Source of the DNA: Guillardia theta CCMP2712
Taxonomy: Eukaryota > Protista > Cryptophyta
Direction of reading: 5' to 3'
NCBI RefSeq assembly: GCF_000315625.1
Contig: NW_005434632.1
Coordinates: forward strand, 157,901 to 221,900
Length of the DNA: 64,000 bases
The position numbers and the translations under genes were made by a program. Under the pieces are notes generated by a model. The model was given only the letters and a program-made list of their open reading frames with translations, had not been told where the DNA came from and did not search any database. Below are positions 58,501 through 64,000 of the stretch, piece after piece (position 1 is the first letter of the stretch; each line of letters opens with the position of its first letter).

Positions 58501-61500
58501 TTGCGACTGTATTCTGTACGGACTTCCTTGCAGATCATAATATGTCTCTCCCATGTTTTCCGACATCGAGACCTTGAACAAAAGTTGATCTTGCGACTGC
58601 AAAGGCGAATTGACGACAGTGAAATTCAGGGCAAAGGAATCCTGGGTTACTTGATAGATAGTCATCGAAGAGATTGATGGAGGTGTTGGATAGAGTTTCA
58701 CTCCCTGTAATGTCACTGGGGCAGACGTTCCAGCAGAAGAGACTGACTGCAGCAAGAAATCGTACTCTTCCACAGTTTGCCTTGCTACCGACAATGATCG
58801 CCATCCCACCTGAGAGACGAGCACGGTCCGCATCGAGCCCGGTATCATCGTTGCATCCAGAATTGCCTTGACCTGAAAGTCAACACATTGCTCCCCACCT
58901 GACGAGATGTAGACCGATGCCCCTTGTACTGTTGTGTACCCTTGTCCCTTTGAAAGGTACTCCACCCTTGATATGCTCCCACCGTACACCTCGAACGTTG
59001 CCTCGAACCCTCCGCCATCGCCGCCTGAGACGGCCAACGTCCCTCCTCGCAGACAACCCTGTCCTCGCTTCTCGACAAGGAGCGAAATGGAGCCTATTCT
59101 CCCGTTTGCGTCCGTCACGTTCCATGCTGAAGAACCCTTTGCTCTCGCTGAGAGCTGATAGGAAGTGACTGGCATGCTGGCTGAAGGAGGAGGATCGAAG
59201 CTTATGACGAGGTAGGCTGACGAAATGTCCACCACCCGTAAGTTTCGAGGAGGAAGGGGGGGAGGTGCATATTCAAACGTTAACTGACTTCTTCTGAACT
59301 GAGCCGAGCAGGTCTGATTGAGAAAACAGAATGGGCCGATGCTGGAGTCAACAGTCTTGGAAGTGACAACGACCTGATAACTTGAATTCATCTCCAGGTT
59401 AGGCAAGAGGGTCGAGCTCGGGCATTCTCGGATGCACTGATAGTTGGTCGGACAATCGATATCAAACTGACACGAGACGAGGGAGGAGACTGATGAGTTT
59501 AGCATCCCCGTGCCGTTCAACGAGCATCCCACGTTGTTCAAACAGACGGGCCGACAACGTCCGGGCATACACTTGACCTCGATCGTGCTTGAGCAGATGT
59601 TGTCGTTGTAGCCCTTGTGCAGGCATTTCAAGTTGGAGGACTTGACGATAAAGAAGAATGCTGTTGGTACCTCCGGAGGCTGCCAGGAAAGCAGAGCTGA
59701 GGCGTTCTGGTACTCTATCACTTCAAGAGCCTTGACTTCGCCAGGAGTACAAGAGGTTGTGATAGGGTGAGATAGAGGAGACCCTGTTGGTTCAAACCCG
59801 TTTGAGTTTCCAAGGAACACTTGGAAAGTGTACTGCGTGCAGGGGCGCAGACCTGCGACAGGCTGCTGGAGAGATGACAGTATCGTCTCGTTGTAAGACA
59901 AACAGCTTGCTTTCAACTGCTCGAAACATTGTTCTTCAGAAGTAGCCCAAAAGGCAACCTTGTACAGAGAGACTGAGTCTTGTTGTGCCAAGGTTGCATT
60001 CTCGTACTGCCATGACAGACTTACGTTTGCTCCATGAGTATCGTAAGGAACATTACGTGTTGAGACCAGAACCGGCGCGGTGGCTCGCGTCCTTGGCAGA
60101 TTCTTCGTCATGATGAAAACAGTGTCACTCGCTGCAAACGCGTTCGAGTCTTGAAATTGAAGAGAAACTCTGACGTTGTAGGCCTGATTGATCGACAGGC
60201 CATGTAGGACCCAGCTACAACCTCCGTAAGAGGTGTTCAAAGTGTTGTTCGAGTAGAAAGATTCGAAGGCACAAACATTGTCTGCGCTCACTACTTGACT
60301 TGATACTGGGACACTGCAGACCGGAGAAGCGGGAGTTGGAACAGAGCTCTGGTTGCACAGGAAGACTTCGAACTGAAAGTTGACAACTTGCATACACTCC
60401 CCAGGACAACCAGGTAGCATCCATTGCAAAGTGACTGAGTCCGTGCTAACCCTGGACGCTTGTAAGCCAACGCTGTTTGTGGACGTGCAGGAAGGATAGA
60501 CAGGCCCTAGCACAGCACAGTGATCAAGAAGGGGAGTTACAATGAAGCGGTGAGGGGAGTTGGCAGCAGACAAGCTCTCAGCATAGAAGGTGTGCTGTGT
60601 GTTCTCTTGGCTCTGAACTTCAGCAAACTGGACAAACTGAGGGGACGAAGCGCTTGCCATCCATACTCGATATCTGCTGATCTCAGAGATGCCAGGGGGG
60701 TCCAGCCATTGGAGCTTGAAAGTCGTCGGAGACAACTCAGTGACTCGCAAGTCACTCACTGCAAAGGTACAGTTTCGGTACCCGCTCACAAAGCTGGTCT
60801 GTGCCCCATCGTACAAGCTTCTTGCGGTGACCAGGAAGTAGTACACCTTAGTAGGATCAAGTCTTACAACCTCCACCTGCATTTGACTCGTCCCGGACGG
60901 TTGAAACTCACCAAAGTACGTGCCAGGCCCCAAGTTGGGAAACTCCGGAGAGATGTCATAGTCAACCTTATACAAGGTGACAGCTTCGGATGATATTGGC
61001 CGCCATTGCAACGTGACCGAGCTCGGAGAAACGCACTGCCAAGTCAAAGTGGACTGCACTGAGACCTTGGGCTCATCGGAGGGAGTGAAGACGAAGGAGC
61101 TGTTTGTGACGTACCCTGCGACATTCAGATTCTTGGCAAGGACTGAGACAGTGTGCTGTACTCCCAGGTACATCTTTGGCAGTGTGTACTTGACAGCAAG
61201 AGAACTGACCGCAAGCTCGTAGGAAGTTTTCTGATACGACACCGCAGCCTGCGCATGCCTCTCCACTACAATCATGTAGTCCGTTACAGGGCCTGAGGCC
61301 ATGCTCCAACTTAGAACCACGTCAGCTACTCCAGAGCAGATCAAAGATTGACAGCAGTCGCATCCACAAGAAGCTGATTGGCAGATGCTGATGCCGGAGA
61401 CGTCCAGGTTGATAGGAGCAGGAGGAGCATCCGAGTAGCGAACAAGGACTGGATCTGATGCCAGGGAATACACGAATCCAACCTCGTTCCAGTTGCGGGG

Positions 61501-64000
61501 GACAACCCGAAAGAAGTAATCGACCCCTTTGACCAGCTGCGTGATAGTAACGGTGTTGACGCCAAGGTTGTTCACTACAGTCTTGTCAAGGTGAGAAGAG
61601 GAATCGATGAGAGAAGCAAAGTTATCCTGCGACATCTGTAGGAGATACTGGGTTACATTCTGCTGCGAGCTGCCGTACCACTGCACGGTGACCCTCCCTG
61701 TGGTGAAAGATTCGCTCTGCATGTACAGCACAGTGACCAGAGCCTTGAAGGTAGGAGGGTCGGCGAGCGAGAGAATGAGCGTGTTGCTGCCGCTGACCTC
61801 ATAGCCCATGTCGTTGAGCCCTCGAGCAAAAACCTTCATCTCATACACTCGGTTCATCTCCAATCCCATAACTTGGAACTCAGTGGAAGCAGTCCCGTAC
61901 GTGTCAGGGATGTTCATGAAAGACTCTGAGGAGTTGGATCGCTGGCTCAGCCTGTACATGGTCGTCTTGTACCAGAACCCCCGGCACTGACACCCACACG
62001 CGGCCGGAGGACTCAAGTCAATATCGGCTCGTGTACAGCCAACGGCAAAGTCAATCTGAGAGCAGCAGGTCCCGTTGGAGTAGAGGAGATGACCTGGTTC
62101 CATCAGCACCCACTTTGAAGTCACGAGAGAGAAGTCCATGGCTGTCCAGGGATCAAGAATGGCTGATTTCAAGCAGCCGTCGGTGTTGAAGCCGGAGCAG
62201 GTGCTAATAGAGTCGCAGAGGATCTTGAGCCCGTCGACGTTAATCCCTTGGAAGCAAGCGAGGCTGATCTCGTTGTAGTCGTAGCCCTGCATGAAGTTCC
62301 AGCCCGAGTCGTTGTTCCTTGCATGGCTCCAGTAGACTGATGCTGAGCTCGCAGTTACTGAGCTCAAGTTCAGCGTCGCGTTCTGAGGCTTGCTTGCTGT
62401 GATGGCCTCTATAAAGGGGCTGCACTTGCCCCCGAAGGAGAATATGTTGAGCCCGATACTGCAGACTTGAAACTGATAGCCCACCTGGTAGTCCAGCCCG
62501 TGGAAGCTCGCTCGGAAGACGTACAAGGAAGGGGTCTGGACTCCAAACTTGATCTCCTCCGCCAGCGCCGGGGGTCCGAGGTTGTCAAATTGAGATTCAC
62601 TCCGGCAGTACTGGGCCGTTGACGAGCTCCTGTACCCTTTCTGCAGCCTGCAGCGAATCTGAAACTTCGTGGCGTTGGCATACACGACCTGGTAGGGGTC
62701 GACGTCAAGATTCCATTGCAGTGTGACTCTATCTTCACCGACAGACACTACAAACAAGTTTCTCGGAGTTGAAGGAAGAGAGACTGGCCCTCCCACCGTC
62801 ACTGTGCCTTCCTCGTACCCGCTCTCATATTGGTTGTAGGCTTGTATGAGGAATGTGTAAACTTTTCCAAGCTGAAGCCCGGTGATGTTGTACCAACAGT
62901 TTCCTTGTGCGCAGGCTCCGGTGCCTTCAATGTTGATTTCGTTTGCTCCGATTGTCAGAGGGTTGCCGTTGTTTTGTGTCCTACCGTCAGGCTGCCATGT
63001 TATGATGTACGAGTAGATGGTCTGCCCAACGTCTCCCGCTGGCCTCTGCCATGCCAGAGCAACGGAGCTGAACGTGACGTTGTCTATCCGGAGTGAAGTG
63101 GCCGGGCCAATCTGACGGAAGGCTGCTGTGGAAAGATAGTTCGAGGGGATCGAGTATCCCGCAATGTTCGCGTTACGGATTTTGACACGGCAGCTGATAT
63201 ATTGCCCTTCCGGCAGGTTTCCAATGAAAGCAGAGATACAAAAAGTTTGACCTGAGTCTGCACATCCGAACTTGTACGTGTCGTGATTGAATTCACCGAT
63301 GATCTCGGTGTTTCGCTTCCCACCGTCTTGAAAGTCATCAAACGAAGCTTCAAGAAGATAGAACGTGTTCCTCAGAACAATCTCTATGGGATTCTTGAGA
63401 GTGTACCAAACCACAATCACTGAGTTGTTGTTTCGAGAGAGCAGCCGCAGCTGTATATCTTCCATACTTGGTATTCCAACCACCTGCATGATCTTGTTCG
63501 CTGGAGTAGGTGTCGACGAGGCAGCGATTCTGATGACGATGCAGTCAAGTTGAATGTTCACAAGGTTAGTAGCTGGCGTAACAGCAAACGAAACATTCAG
63601 GGAGTTCCCTTGGATATCAGAGACAGTCTTCAGCAGCACAGAGTCTTGAGTTAGCTTCAACGTAAACTTGACTTCGTCGGGATACGGGAGGGGGTCCCAG
63701 TAGATGGTAGTGCTGGGGTTCAGAACTCCCTTAGACGTGTCGACCCGTGACACTCCGATGTTGGTTGCCTCGCAAGATGTAGTGACAGTGACGTTTGTCC
63801 TCGCGGGCTGGAGGGAATACCCAGCCAGGTTGCCAGCGAAGACTTGGAATGTGTATGTGGTTCCTTGGAGCAGGTTGGAGATGGTGATAGACTGTAAGTT
63901 CACTGTTGGGCCCACGGTGATGTTGTTTCTCCTCGTATCAATGATCATAACAAGAAAAAATGTTGAGAGACCAAACACGGAAGTTGGTTCTTGTGCATTC
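52541..64000 (-). CDS. Giant fibronectin type III repeat protein (>3400 aa) with C-terminal LysM domain(s); 5' end outside window
   Basis: Many FN3 signatures (LxW.PP...Y.I...GL.P...Y.F.V.A.N..G) across ORFs 57766..63978, 56241..57758, 55891..56238, 53523..55739; terminal DDLWTISRRFGTSVELILEWNPDV is LysM-like; reading frame stays open to the window edge. Confidence 0.85.

Overview
Eukaryotic nuclear DNA with many short (~45-60 nt) GT-AG introns, purine/pyrimidine microsatellites and one 100-N scaffold gap. Gene content and intron style suggest a cryptophyte alga of the Guillardia/Hanusia type; this is an inference, not a database result. Recognisable genes: a PKD/REJ-GPS membrane protein, an alpha-glucan water dikinase with an N-terminal targeting extension, a CD2BP2/U5-52K GYF protein, pyridoxal kinase, a PDZ protein, a four-domain voltage-gated cation channel with built-in EF-hand pairs, and a giant FN3-repeat/LysM protein. 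The most striking item is a minus-strand gene (~25.6-32.5 kb) in which a CER3/WAX2-type acyl-reductase module runs in frame, within one exon, into a complete YUCCA-like class B flavin monooxygenase. The upstream CER1/3 hydroxylase-like domain appears to have lost its His boxes. Second, five GC-rich palindrome-dense non-coding islands, four of which carry a conserved ~37-43 bp AT-rich core, sit next to two clusters of small intronless orphan paralogues. All exon structures were read by eye and are approximate.
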